Shown here piece after piece: positions 30,446 through 41,097 of a DNA stretch of 64,000 bases. Made by a program: the position numbers and the translations under genes. The notes below the pieces were generated by a model, which saw only the letters and a list, made by a program, of their open reading frames with translations, ran no database searches and had not been told where the DNA came from. Location of the stretch: positions 1,024,001 through 1,088,000 of the forward strand of contig CAVZQN010000004.1 in the NCBI GenBank assembly GCA_963777505.1. The letters run 5' to 3'. Within the stretch, counting starts at the first letter, position 1; each line of letters opens with the position of its first letter. This DNA is from an uncultured bacterium. Lineage in GTDB: Bacteria > Acidobacteriota > HRBIN11 > JAKEFK01.

Positions 30446-32502
30446 ATGCGGAAAGAAACGATGGGTTTTCTTTTCTCTGTTTTGTTTGTTCTCTGCCTCC
30501 TTGTTTGCAGAAAAACCGCGACTCACTGTTGACGATGTTTTTCAGTTGGAGATTGCATCAGATCCACAAATTTCGCCATCAGGAAGCTCTGTCAGTTTAT
30601 GTTCGTTCATTTGCGGATAGCAAAACGGATAAACGTTATTCGAATCTCTGGGTTGTTGAAACGAATGGAACGCCAATCATCGTCCACTAACCTTTGGCAA
30701 TTACAGCGATTCAACAGCAAGATGGTCGCCGGATGGTTCAAAAATTGCGTTCATTTCAAACCGTGATGGTTCAGGGCAAATTTATTTACTCTGGTCCGCA
30801 AACCGGACAGATTGCTAAAATCACAAATCTGATAATTCAGATCCATCGCAGATCTCATGGTCCCCTGATGGAAAATGGCTTGCCTATATTGCATTGGTGA
30901 AAGGAAAAAAAACTTCACTGATCACAAAACTGCCTGAAAAATCGGAAGGGCATACATGGGCAGATCCTGCTCAAGTTTATGATCGTCTTGAGTACCGTTT
31001 TAACCGGGTGGGTTATCTTCCACATGGCTTTTCACATGTATTTGTGATTTCAGCAGAAGGTGGAACACCTCGTCAAATCTCGCAGGGTGATTATCATCAC
31101 ACAAGCTATTACTCCGACACTGGTGCGCCTGTTTGGACTCCGGATGGGAAATTCTTATTGATCTCAGCAAACAGAAGAGAGGATTGGGATTATGAACCAT
31201 TGGATACCGAAGTACATGAGTTCAATATTGAGACTGGCTCTGTTCGATCATTAACAAATCGCCGAGGCCCTGATGACATGCCTGCCATATCGCCTGACGG
31301 CAAAACGATAGCATACGTAGGGTTCGATGATCGTTACCAGGGATATCAAGTCACGAAACTCTATCTTGCGAATAGAGATGGTTCATCACCTCGCGTTCTC
31401 TCTGCTTCACTCGATCGGGGTATTCAAAATCCCACCTGGTCTCCCGATGGAAACGGAATTTACTTTAGCTATGAGGATCAAGGAATAACAAAACTTGGAT
31501 TTTTTACTCTGAATGGAAAGCTACAGTCGATTGCAACTGATCTTGGCAGCGGACCTTCCAGCTATACGGGTGGAGGTTCATTTTCAATTGCTCGAAATGG
31601 GGCAATAGCCTACGCACTGAAAAAGTGGAATGTTCCCGGGGATGTTGCATATATAGCAAACTCTCGGCAAAATTCGACAACACTGACTGCGATAAACAAT
31701 GATTTATTTGATCAGCGGCAGTTGGGCGTTGTTGAAGAGCTCTGGGTTGAGTCTTCTAAAGATAAGCGGAAGGTTCAATCGTGGCTTATTAAGCCCCCGT
31801 ATTTCGATGCATCCAAGAAATATCCATTAATTTTGGAAATTCACGGCGGACCTTTCGCTGCTTATGGCCCGATCTTCGATCTTGAAAAGCAGATTTGGGC
31901 AGCAAAAGATTATGTTGTGTTGTATGTGAACCCACGCGGAAGCACAAGTTACGGCGAGGAATTTGGCAATCTAATTCATCATGCATATCCTGGGGACGAT
32001 TTTTATGATTTGAATTCCGCTGTTGATGCAGTTATCCAAAAAGGATTTATAGATGAAAATAATCTTTTTGTAACTGGCGGGAGTGGAGGTGGTGTCCTGA
32101 CCTGCTGGATGGATCGGGAAGACCGATCGTTTTCGTGCGGCTGTTTCTGCATATCCAGTAATCAACTGGATCAGCTGGGTTCTCACTTCGGATGTTCCAG
32201 CATTTGGAGCTAAATACTGGTTTCCAGGATATCCGTGGGAGTATACGGATCATTACATGAAGCGTTCACTTTTGTCTGTAGTCGCAAATGTAAAAACTCC
32301 AACCATGGTGATCACAGGTGAGGAGGATTGGCGTACACCAATTTCAGAATCAGAACAGTACTATACGGCTTTGAAATTGCGCAAGGTAGAGTCTGTTCTT
32401 GTTCGCGTTCCTGGTGAACCACATGGTATCCGAGTTCGGCCAAGCCACCATATTTCAAAAATATTGCACATCGTGACCTGGTTTGATAAACACAAAAAAT
32501 AA
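30446..32502 (+). CDS. S9 family peptidase, fragmented by several indels
   Basis: Fragments carry WSPDG/PD40 repeats, EIHGGPFAAYG, NPRGSTSYG, TGGSGGG nucleophile and GEEDWRTP...GEPHGI across ORFs 30382, 30694, 30894 and 32257. Confidence 0.8.
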
Positions 32503-32597
32503 TGAGGATGGAAGAGAGAAGTCCCGCTCGTAACTTTCTAAGTTCCACTTAAGTCGAAATCTTTGACATTATCCGGTAGATACCGTTCAATCAGCCA

Positions 32598-33560
32598 ATG
32601 CGGAACGGAATAATCCTACTCTTGCTTATCATTGCCTCAACAGTGAGTGCGCAGCTTCAAGAAGAAGTGAGTGTTGACCTTGTTGAAGTCTATGTTTCTG
32701 CACTCAATTCAAGTGATCTTCCTGTAACGGACCTAAAGCAGGAGGATTTTGTTGTGAAAGAAGATGGTGTTCCTCAACAAATTTCGTATTTCACAAGACT
32801 TCTTGATGCTGACAGCCAGATTCCACTAACAATTGGATTTCTTGTCGATACGAGCGGCAGTATGAGTCGTGGCGACGATAAGCTGAAACGGATCGACATC
32901 GCTCGTAACTTTGCTTCTTTATTTTTGAAAGAAGTAAAACCAGCCGACACGCTTCGAATTTTTGCATTCGATAATGTATATCGTGCATTAAACCCATCGA
33001 GTTCTGATCTGCAGTCTATAGAAGATGCGCTATCCAAACTAAAAATAGACACAGCAGAGAGTCCGGGCACCGCATTATTACTTTCTGTGGATTTGACAAT
33101 TAAACAGCTTGAATCGAATTTCGGAAGAAAGATTATCGTTGTGTGTTCTGATGGCCAAAATAACATTCCAGGTCCTTCACCCGAAGTTTTGATTGAGACG
33201 CTAAAGAAAAAAGATATTACTGTGCTCACATTAACGACTGTGCGAGATGAAGATGTCAAAGCAACCGGCTCAATCGCATTAAATGCCTTGGGTGTCAGGC
33301 AAGAAAAAACGAAGGAAGCGAAAGACGCGCGAAAATTGATGAAGATGTTGGCTGAAGAATCAGGCGGATATGCATTTTTCCCCAAGAATGATTCAAAGCT
33401 AAATGAATCAATTGAACAACTCCGGTCGATTATACGGAGTCAATATGCAATTTCCTTCAAACCGAATACTCGATCGGGATCTTCATGGCGGAAAATAGAT
33501 GTAGAGTGCAAACGAAAAGGAATAAAGTTGCAGTACAGACAAGGTTATTTTATGGAGTAG
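32598..33560 (+). CDS. Exported VWA domain protein (acidobacterial type)
   Basis: PVTDLKQEDFVVKEDGVPQ, MIDAS DTSGS, CSDG, LAEESGG, SQY, YRQGY. Confidence 0.87.
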   Translation: MRNGIILLLLIIASTVSAQLQEEVSVDLVEVYVSALNSSDLPVTDLKQEDFVVKEDGVPQQISYFTRLLDADSQIPLTIGFLVDTSGSMSRGDDKLKRIDIARNFASLFLKEVKPADTLRIFAFDNVYRALNPSSSDLQSIEDALSKLKIDTAESPGTALLLSVDLTIKQLESNFGRKIIVVCSDGQNNIPGPSPEVLIETLKKKDITVLTLTTVRDEDVKATGSIALNALGVRQEKTKEAKDARKLMKMLAEESGGYAFFPKNDSKLNESIEQLRSIIRSQYAISFKPNTRSGSSWRKIDVECKRKGIKLQYRQGYFME

Positions 33561-33582
33561 GGATAGGTCTAGACCGCCCGAC

Positions 33583-35572
33583 TTAAGGAGTACTGCTCAA
33601 TCTGCGGATGGCTTCGTTAGCTCTTTGGCGTTGTTCAGGGAAGTTTTTTTCGGAAGAAAGTTCAAGAAATTTTTGATACGCGTGAAGAGCCTCTTCAGTC
33701 TTTTTCATTTTTTCAGCTTGAACAGCGAGGTTGAAATATGGACTTGGATTTTCCGGATCATTATTAACGGCTTGCCGAAAGAATTTGATTGCATCCTCAT
33801 CGCGCCTTAAAGCTGAGTAAGTCATCGCAAGACCATTCATGGCAAAAACGTAACGTGGATTAATTTGCAATGCCTTTTGATATTCCGTCAGCGCTTGTTC
33901 GTGCTTTCCGGTCGCTCGCATCAAATTGGCAAAAGAATAATGGGCCAAAACATTTTGGTCATCCATCGCCAATGCGATTCGGAATTCTTTTTCTGCAAGA
34001 TCATAACGTTTCTCCATGTGATTGATCTGGCCCAGGTTCACATGCAGCGAAGCAAAATCAACCCGATTTGAAATCGCATTCTGAATGCAGGATTTCGCGC
34101 GATCATATTGTTCCAACTTGATATGAGCAGAACAAAGATGATCGTAAACGATTCGTGTGTATTTTTCAGTTTTAAGAACTGATTCAAAAGTGTTAATTGC
34201 GTCTTTGTAATTCTGACTTCCGAATTGATAAATGCCTTTTTGAATTTCATTCCAAACTTGAATCTTGTCTTTGGGATCGATGCCCGAAGAACTTTTCGAA
34301 GAGCTTCCCGATCCGGAAACGTAACCAAGACTCGCGAGGCGTTCTTTTGTTTCCGGGTCCATCTCTTCATTCGAAGAAGAAATTTGTCCTTTTTGTGTTT
34401 TATATAAACGATCGATTTCGGCTTTTAATTTCCTGCCTATATCCGGAAATCTGTGAATTTGATTTTGTGTTTCTGCAGAATCGTTTATCAAATCGTAGAG
34501 TTCGGGTTTCGGGGCATCAATGTAGTGATGTTTTTCAGTCTCAATTCCATGTAATTCACTCCAGCCCAAATTTATTTTCGGATAAAACGACTCACTGAAG
34601 CTGTAAAGAGATAGGTCTTTTGTTTTCTCAAGCGCTGATTTAAGACTCACTCCGCTGCCGGCTAGTGTGGTTTTGATTTGTGCATACTCAAGCAAAGTTG
34701 GACCAAGATCGATCAATCGGCTCAGCCCTGGAAAATTGGAATCGGGCGGAATTACTCCAGGCGCAACCAGGATCATTGGAATATGAAGCGTAGAGTTGTA
34801 AATGAGCAGAGAATGAGTTTGTTCCTGATGTTCCCCCAAACCTTCGCCATGATCTCCTGCGATGGCAATGATGTTGTTGTTGAATTGTTTGGCCTTCAAA
34901 TCCCTGAAAATCTTTCCGATCACATGATCGGTGTAGGCAATTTCGCCGGCATAAAGATCGTTTGAATATTGTGTACGAAAGGGTTCAGGAGGGTTATAAG
35001 GAGCGTGAGGATCGTAAAGGTGAATCCAAACAAAAAAAGGTGACTGATTGTTTACGCTGGGAAGCCACTTTGAAAACGCTGCATAGACTGCATCTGCATT
35101 GCGTTCCGCTTCTTGACTCTCCAGCATTCCAATAGGCATCGCATCATCGAATGTGTCAAATCCTTGATTGAGTCCAAAACGATGATCCAGCACAAAGCTG
35201 CCAACAAAGGCGGCCGGTGCGGTAGCCCTGGCTTTTAAAAAGTTCGGCGATCGTTGAATGCTTAGTTGCGAGCTTGTTTCCATTGTCACGAACCCCGTGT
35301 TGAACCGGATACAACGCTGTCATTAATGATGCATGTGAGGGAAGAGTCAGTGGTACTGGTGCGCGTGCGCGTGTGAAATTTACACCTTGCTTCGCGAGTG
35401 AATCAAGATTCGGAGTTTTTGCTTTTGTTGAACCATTGATGCCAATAGCATCTCCGCGCAAGGTGTCAATTGTGATTAGAATCACATTCCTTTGTGTCTC
35501 TGCGGTAGATTGTGCAAAGACTTCTGATAATTGGGTATTGAATAGGATGATTAAAAATAAAATTCTAAGCAT
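33583..35572 (-). CDS. Sulfatase-like (alkaline phosphatase superfamily) hydrolase/transferase with C-terminal TPRs; one indel near 35215
   Basis: ITIDTLRGD and PLTLPSHAS (ORF 35156-35572) continue into WIHLYDPH, GDHGEGLGEH, RLASLGY and TPRs (ORF 33583-35289). Confidence 0.85.
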
Positions 35573-35631
35573 GTCTTCTAATTTTTACCACAGAGACGCA
35601 GAGGAGTTCGCGAGAAGGATCAAATGGAAGT

Positions 35632-35665
35632 GAAGAAATGAAGGGGCGAGGGAATGCCTCGCCCC
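35632..35665 (-). terminator. Probable intrinsic terminator after TonB-dependent receptor 1
   Basis: Minus strand GGGGCGAGG-CATTC-CCTCGCCCC-TTCATTTCTT. Confidence 0.65.
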
Positions 35666-35675
35666 AATGAAAATG

Positions 35676-38504
35676 CTAGAAACCGAAACCGAGACGAACT
35701 TCAAGCCGTCGTGGTTGGGACCAGTAATTTGGAAGGAATGTTTGCTCGGCACTCTGGATTCTTAACGAAGCAAGGCTCAACTCATTATCAGAGTTCAATA
35801 CGTTGTAGATGGTACCGTCGAGTCTAACGAACATTTCCTGACCGAGGTTAAACCTTTTTCCTACTGTAACATCGATTGATTCAATGTTTGCCAACCGAAA
35901 GTCTCGTTCCATGATAATGTCCGTTCCGCCCTGATTTAGACCGGTTTGACGGAAAATTCGTGTATGGTGACGTCCGCTTGAGAAGTCAGCAATGACTGAT
36001 GCCGTCATACCCCACCATATTTCCTGAAATACCGATTGCAAACGGAACATATGCGGCCGATCACCTTGCAAATTCCCTTCAGCATTGAGGTAATGATTCA
36101 CCAGATCGCTGCTGTCACGTGATCCATAAAAGGGATTGAATTGAGTTTGAGTTAACGGTCTTGGAATCAATCCTTCAGAACGTGACCATGTATAGCTCGC
36201 ATTCAAAGCCCAGTTGCTGGACAATCTCTTTTCAAAATTGAGCATAACACCATGATAGGTCTGGAAATAATCAAGATCGCCGTTCTGGCATGCTGAAGCT
36301 TCTGGAAGCTGGTTGCAGAAATTGCCAGGATCATTTCCTTTCGAAATGGTCGGTGCTTCAACGAAGTTGAAGATTGTATATTCTTGTCCTGTGACTGGAT
36401 CGACAAGAGTAAAGGGTTCGAAAACTCCACCATTGGCTGTCCAACCGATCAAATCCTGAGTGTCTTTATAGACATATTGAACACCAAAAGCGATAGAATC
36501 TCCGACTTGCTGTTCATAGCCGATCGAATAGTTTAGCGCTTTCGGCGGATCGAGATTTTGAGGCACAACTAACGTATTTTCAGCAAGACCTACTGGTTCA
36601 AACTGACCTGTTTCCTCATTAAACAGGAACGTCGTGATTGGTGGCAGCTCGGGCGGTGGATAATCCCAGTTTCCAGAGACATTGTGGTCATAGTAAACAC
36701 CGAATGATCCCTGAATTTTTGAACGTCCATCGGCAGTCGGTTGATAAGTGAAACCAATGCGCGGTGAGACGATGTTCCAATTTGATGCTTCCAAGCCCGG
36801 AATGATCTCGCCTGTTCCGGTGAAATTTCCTGCCGGTGAAATGGAAGGTGTTCCAGCTCTTAAACGTTCATAATCCGGAATTGTGCCGGTGTTATGATCA
36901 AAACGAAGACCAACATTCAACGTAAAACGATCATTTACAGTGATTGTGTCATCAACAAAAATACCTAATTCTCTGTTGTCTGCGCCATATTGAAATGGAG
37001 CCTGGTACACTTTATATAAATAACCGCCGTAGTTATATTGATAGAAACCATTCACACCGATTCCGATGTTGGTGTTTGCGGATCCTCGGGAATATTGAAC
37101 GCCGAATTTGAATTCGTGGTCGCTCTTCAGGAAGTGGTCCGCATAATATGTTGCTTTGCCCTTAAAGGTGCTTCTCCAGGTTTTATAATCCCATGGATAC
37201 AAAACACCGCCGGAATACACAGCAGGTCCGCCGCCTGGAGGCGTGTAATCAATAAAAGCATCTTCTAATGGTGCGCCAACAACAGAATCATAAACGTCAT
37301 TGGACCACCATCCAGAATACCCTGCTTCTAGCAGCAGATTTTCTGTCCATGTGGAAGTCCAGTTTGCACCCCATGCCGGGTTCTTACCACCTTCACCTGG
37401 TAAAGCTGAAGGTGCAATAAAAGGATCTGGAGCATTCGGACTATCCCATTTGTCGTAATGGAAGAAGCCGTAAAATTCATGGTTATCACCAGCCAGTGCA
37501 TTGATTTTCACATCGTATTTATCGCTCTTATACGGCGCGTCTGCGGCAAACTCTGGATCGACACCAGGCATGCTGAATGCATCGCGATACGATTGAATAC
37601 CGCCGAAAAACCAGATTCTATCTTTAATGATTGGACCGCCAATTTGAGCGGTGACCTGGCGATAATCCAAACGTTCATATTCAGCGGAGTTAGGGTCTAC
37701 TGTCGGATCGAATTCGCGATAATCGACATTGCTATCTGTCAATGCATCATCCAACAGGTAGTAGTTGGCGCCGCCATGAAAATCATTTCCGCCTTTTTTC
37801 GTAACAACGTTAAATACGGCTCCTGTATGGTTCCCATATTCAGCGCTTGCGCCTGCAATGACCTGAATTTCCTCAATAAGGTCAGGATTGACCGTGTACC
37901 ATACTGAACCTGTTTCTGGTGCGGAAAGGTCAACACCATCAGCAAGCCATGCATTCGATTGCATATTGGAGCCAAAAGCAATCGTACGATCGCCGTTTGC
38001 GTCTCCTGTGCTGGCGCTGACGCCCGGAGTATTTTGCATCAACGTAAACTGAGAATGCTGAGTCGGAATTTCTTCCAACAACACTCCGCTGAAGTTCGTA
38101 GCAATACCCGTTTCAGTTACATCGATAAGCGGCGTTTCGCCGATTAGAGTTACCGATTCTTCAAGTCTTCCTATTTGCATTGTTACTGGAACGGTTGCAG
38201 TTGTTTCCAACCCGACTTTAACGTTTTCTACAAGAACTTTGTCAAACCCACCCATCGTGATGTCTAACGAGTAACTTCCAATAGGTAAGGCTGGAAATCG
38301 GAAATCACCTGACTCGTTTGTGTATGTAGTGCGGCTTTGACCCAGCAATACCTTGCTGCTCGCAATTACAGTTACACCAGGAAGAGGTTTACCTTCACTA
38401 TCGACAACTTGTCCGCGAATACTTCCTGTCGTTTGTGCCCATGCAGAAATGCTGAAAACCAACAACAGGCATAACAGCGGAAAGAGTGTCCTCTTGCTTA
38501 ACAT
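35676..38504 (-). CDS. TonB-dependent receptor 1 (Oar-like, N-terminal carboxypeptidase-regulatory-like domain)
   Basis: Signal peptide, GSIRGQVVD..GKPLPGVTV, plug SAEYG..TGAVFNVVTKKGGNDFHG, LNVGLRFD, SPRIGF, C-terminal F. Confidence 0.9.
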   Translation of the reverse strand: MLSKRTLFPLLCLLLVFSISAWAQTTGSIRGQVVDSEGKPLPGVTVIASSKVLLGQSRTTYTNESGDFRFPALPIGSYSLDITMGGFDKVLVENVKVGLETTATVPVTMQIGRLEESVTLIGETPLIDVTETGIATNFSGVLLEEIPTQHSQFTLMQNTPGVSASTGDANGDRTIAFGSNMQSNAWLADGVDLSAPETGSVWYTVNPDLIEEIQVIAGASAEYGNHTGAVFNVVTKKGGNDFHGGANYYLLDDALTDSNVDYREFDPTVDPNSAEYERLDYRQVTAQIGGPIIKDRIWFFGGIQSYRDAFSMPGVDPEFAADAPYKSDKYDVKINALAGDNHEFYGFFHYDKWDSPNAPDPFIAPSALPGEGGKNPAWGANWTSTWTENLLLEAGYSGWWSNDVYDSVVGAPLEDAFIDYTPPGGGPAVYSGGVLYPWDYKTWRSTFKGKATYYADHFLKSDHEFKFGVQYSRGSANTNIGIGVNGFYQYNYGGYLYKVYQAPFQYGADNRELGIFVDDTITVNDRFTLNVGLRFDHNTGTIPDYERLRAGTPSISPAGNFTGTGEIIPGLEASNWNIVSPRIGFTYQPTADGRSKIQGSFGVYYDHNVSGNWDYPPPELPPITTFLFNEETGQFEPVGLAENTLVVPQNLDPPKALNYSIGYEQQVGDSIAFGVQYVYKDTQDLIGWTANGGVFEPFTLVDPVTGQEYTIFNFVEAPTISKGNDPGNFCNQLPEASACQNGDLDYFQTYHGVMLNFEKRLSSNWALNASYTWSRSEGLIPRPLTQTQFNPFYGSRDSSDLVNHYLNAEGNLQGDRPHMFRLQSVFQEIWWGMTASVIADFSSGRHHTRIFRQTGLNQGGTDIIMERDFRLANIESIDVTVGKRFNLGQEMFVRLDGTIYNVLNSDNELSLASLRIQSAEQTFLPNYWSQPRRLEVRLGFGF

Positions 38505-38543
38505 AGAGCGCCTCCTTATTGTTGTTGTCCCATAAAGGCTGTT

Positions 38544-38560
38544 GATGCAGGAAAATAAGA
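38544..38560 (-). promoter_or_regulatory. Conserved leader element TCTTATTTTCCTGCATC (copy 1)
   Basis: Identical 17-mer at 43957-43973 in the leader of the paralogous receptor. Confidence 0.55.
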
Positions 38561-38625
38561 GTTTGGTTCGAAGTGGTGGAAGATCTTTTGCCCTTTTAAC
38601 AGTCCAACAGGTCTCACTGAAGAAA

Positions 38626-38634
38626 ATTATAGCA
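38626..38634 (-). promoter_or_regulatory. Extended -10 element (TGCTATAAT) of receptor 1
   Basis: GCGTGCTATAATT on the minus strand, repeated upstream of receptor 2. Confidence 0.65.
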
Positions 38635-38673
38635 CGCTATTCCTTTCCGCTTGCAACACACTTTTAACACCAA

Positions 38674-38690
38674 GTTTTACAATGTGAAAC
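38674..38690. promoter_or_regulatory. Palindromic operator-like site GTTTTACAATGTGAAAC
   Basis: Matches sites at 44087-44103 and 53869-53887. Confidence 0.6.
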
Positions 38691-38837
38691 GTAGGCTTAT
38701 CAGCTAGAGTCGCACAAAAATTAATGAAGATATTGCCTCATTCAACTCGTCGAAGTAATTGGACAAGACACAACCTGGGATTTAAGATTCATTTTCATAA
38801 CCATTGATTTGATTTCAAAACGTTGTTCCTGAAAACA

Positions 38838-41012
38838 ATGACCCGAAAAACAGTAATTGCACTTGTTACAGGCATTGCCTTAGTAACAGGCGCATATTTT
38901 TTCTGGAAACAGTCCTCAAGCAAAATTCAGCAATCTACGAGCAAAATTCAATCTGGCAATTTTAGTGAAGCCAACATCGTATTGATCACGATCGATACAC
39001 TTCGGGCTGATCATTTACCGGCTTACGGCTACGAAAAAATAAAGACGCCGTCCTTTGACCGTCTTGCTGCTGAGAGCATCCTTTTTGAAGATGCAGTAGC
39101 CCATGCTCCGATGACCCTTCCATCGCATGCTTCGATTCTGACCGGTTTGCTTCCGATCTCACACCGCGTGCACGATAACGCCGGCTTCATTCTGAACGCA
39201 AACATAACCACGCTTCCTGAAATTCTGAAGCAAAAAGGATATGTGACAGCGGCTTTTGTTTCTGCGTTTGTTCTCGATTCACAATTTAAGTTGGATCAGG
39301 GATTCGATCTTTATTCGGATGATCTGGCGCTGGCGGAAGCAAAAGTTTCTAGCATGGATCTATATAGACGTGCGGCGGATACTCAGTTGGAAGTCGAAGC
39401 CTGGCTTACGAAAAACAGCGATCGAAAGTTCTTTTTATGGATTCATTATTATGATCCTCATGATCCCTACGAACCGCCTGAACCATATCGCTCAAATTAC
39501 GCAAAGTCCTTATACGATGGTGAAATTGCGTATACAGATCAGGTGCTTGGACAGTTACTCAACCATCTCGATTCGTCCGGATTGAAAGAAAAAACGATTG
39601 TGGTACTGACAAGCGACCATGGAGAGGGATTGGGAGAACATCACGAACAAACGCATTCATTATTTATATATAACGCTACGCAGCATGTGCCATTGATGTT
39701 CCGGCTTCCGGGTGTTCCTGCAGGTAGAAGGAAAGAAGTTGTTGCGCATATCGATATTGCTCCTACTTTGTTGGACCTCATCGGAATCGCGCCAGATCCG
39801 GGAATGCAAGGAAGAACCCTGCGGGCTCAACTGAATGGCGAACAGCCTAATTCAAGATCTGTTTATGCAGAAAGCCGTCTGGCTGAATTACATTACGGCT
39901 GGTCTCCGCTGAGAAGCCTTACCACAACAGAGCATCGCTTTATCGAAGCGCCAACCGCTGAGTTATATGACCGCCGAACGGATCGATCAGAAACGAAAAA
40001 TATAGCCGATCAAAAACCGGAAATCGTTCAAACTCTCCGTAAAGAGTTAAACGTAATTCTTCAGACCAGTTCGCAATCGAATGCTGATCCCGGAAAAATA
40101 GATCCGGATACAGAGGAAAAGTTGAGAGCCCTTGGTTACGTTGGGACAACCGTAAAAAGCACTCCAGAGAGCCGGCGCAGCGATCCGAAAGATAAAATGG
40201 GAGTGTTGAATGCACTTAATGATGCGAAAAAGGCCAATGAATCTAAAAATTATCCGCTTGTTATCACCATTTTGACAGGGATTCTGCAGCAAGAACCGCA
40301 ACTTGTCGATGCTCACTACATGGCCGCAAACGCTCATTTACATTTGGGAAACACGGAACTCGCTTTGCAGGAATTTCTGACCGTGATCAAACTGAAACCG
40401 GATCATACGCAGACGCTATACAATCTGGGCTTTTTCTATCACGTGCAGGAAAATTTACAGGCCGCCGAATACTGGTATAAACAACTATTGAAGTATGAAC
40501 CGGAACACCTTTTTGGAAATCTCAATCTGGCAAGCTTATACAGGCAAAAAGGGGAGACGGAGAAAGCACAACCAATTGTGGAAAAGATTGTCAGTGATTA
40601 TGAACGATCTATTGAAACCGCAGCCTCACCTGAGATCCGCTCAAAATTGCTGGAAAAACTTTCTGAAATCCGTTTTAAAACCGGAGATACCGCGCAAAGC
40701 AAACTCGATCTAGAAGAATCGGTAAAAGCGGACAGCAAAAATTATCAGGCTTGGTGGAAGCTTGGCGCGCTTTATAGGCAGGAAAAAAGATTTCAGGATG
40801 CGATCCAATGCTTCGAAAAAGCAATCGAATTGAATGAGCAATTTTATCCCGCGTATTATTCTCTCTCAGCTTTATATCTTGCGACCGATACGAAACTGCA
40901 GGAAGCATTGCGTCTTGTAGAAAAAGCCAATGCAGAAGAAGGAACGAAGCAGGGAGAACAGATCCGTGCGGCAATTGTTGCGAAATTGCAACGGAAAAAG
41001 CAAGATCAATGA
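38838..41012 (+). CDS. Sulfatase-like (alkaline phosphatase superfamily) hydrolase/transferase with C-terminal TPRs
   Basis: N-terminal anchor, ITIDTLRAD, PMTLPSHAS, WIHYYDPH, SDHGEGLGEH, KLRALGY, TPR repeats. Confidence 0.9.
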   Translation: MTRKTVIALVTGIALVTGAYFFWKQSSSKIQQSTSKIQSGNFSEANIVLITIDTLRADHLPAYGYEKIKTPSFDRLAAESILFEDAVAHAPMTLPSHASILTGLLPISHRVHDNAGFILNANITTLPEILKQKGYVTAAFVSAFVLDSQFKLDQGFDLYSDDLALAEAKVSSMDLYRRAADTQLEVEAWLTKNSDRKFFLWIHYYDPHDPYEPPEPYRSNYAKSLYDGEIAYTDQVLGQLLNHLDSSGLKEKTIVVLTSDHGEGLGEHHEQTHSLFIYNATQHVPLMFRLPGVPAGRRKEVVAHIDIAPTLLDLIGIAPDPGMQGRTLRAQLNGEQPNSRSVYAESRLAELHYGWSPLRSLTTTEHRFIEAPTAELYDRRTDRSETKNIADQKPEIVQTLRKELNVILQTSSQSNADPGKIDPDTEEKLRALGYVGTTVKSTPESRRSDPKDKMGVLNALNDAKKANESKNYPLVITILTGILQQEPQLVDAHYMAANAHLHLGNTELALQEFLTVIKLKPDHTQTLYNLGFFYHVQENLQAAEYWYKQLLKYEPEHLFGNLNLASLYRQKGETEKAQPIVEKIVSDYERSIETAASPEIRSKLLEKLSEIRFKTGDTAQSKLDLEESVKADSKNYQAWWKLGALYRQEKRFQDAIQCFEKAIELNEQFYPAYYSLSALYLATDTKLQEALRLVEKANAEEGTKQGEQIRAAIVAKLQRKKQDQ

Positions 41013-41044
41013 CAGCGAAATCTGCTTTGCGTCTCTGCGGTAAT

Positions 41045-41083
41045 AAAAAAGGCGGTTCAGGAATTTTTCCTAAACCGCCTTTT
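41045..41083. terminator. Bidirectional intrinsic terminator
   Basis: AAAAAAGGCGGTT...AACCGCCTTTT between convergent genes. Confidence 0.8.
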
Positions 41084-41097
41084 GAAAAAAATCTGAA

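Noticed and set aside
38505-38625. Cobalamin or c-di-GMP riboswitch in the receptor 1 leader
   Set aside because: Only a GGGCAAA fragment resembles the c-di-GMP-I motif. The rest of that consensus and any B12-box are absent, and the paralog leader lacks the fragment.
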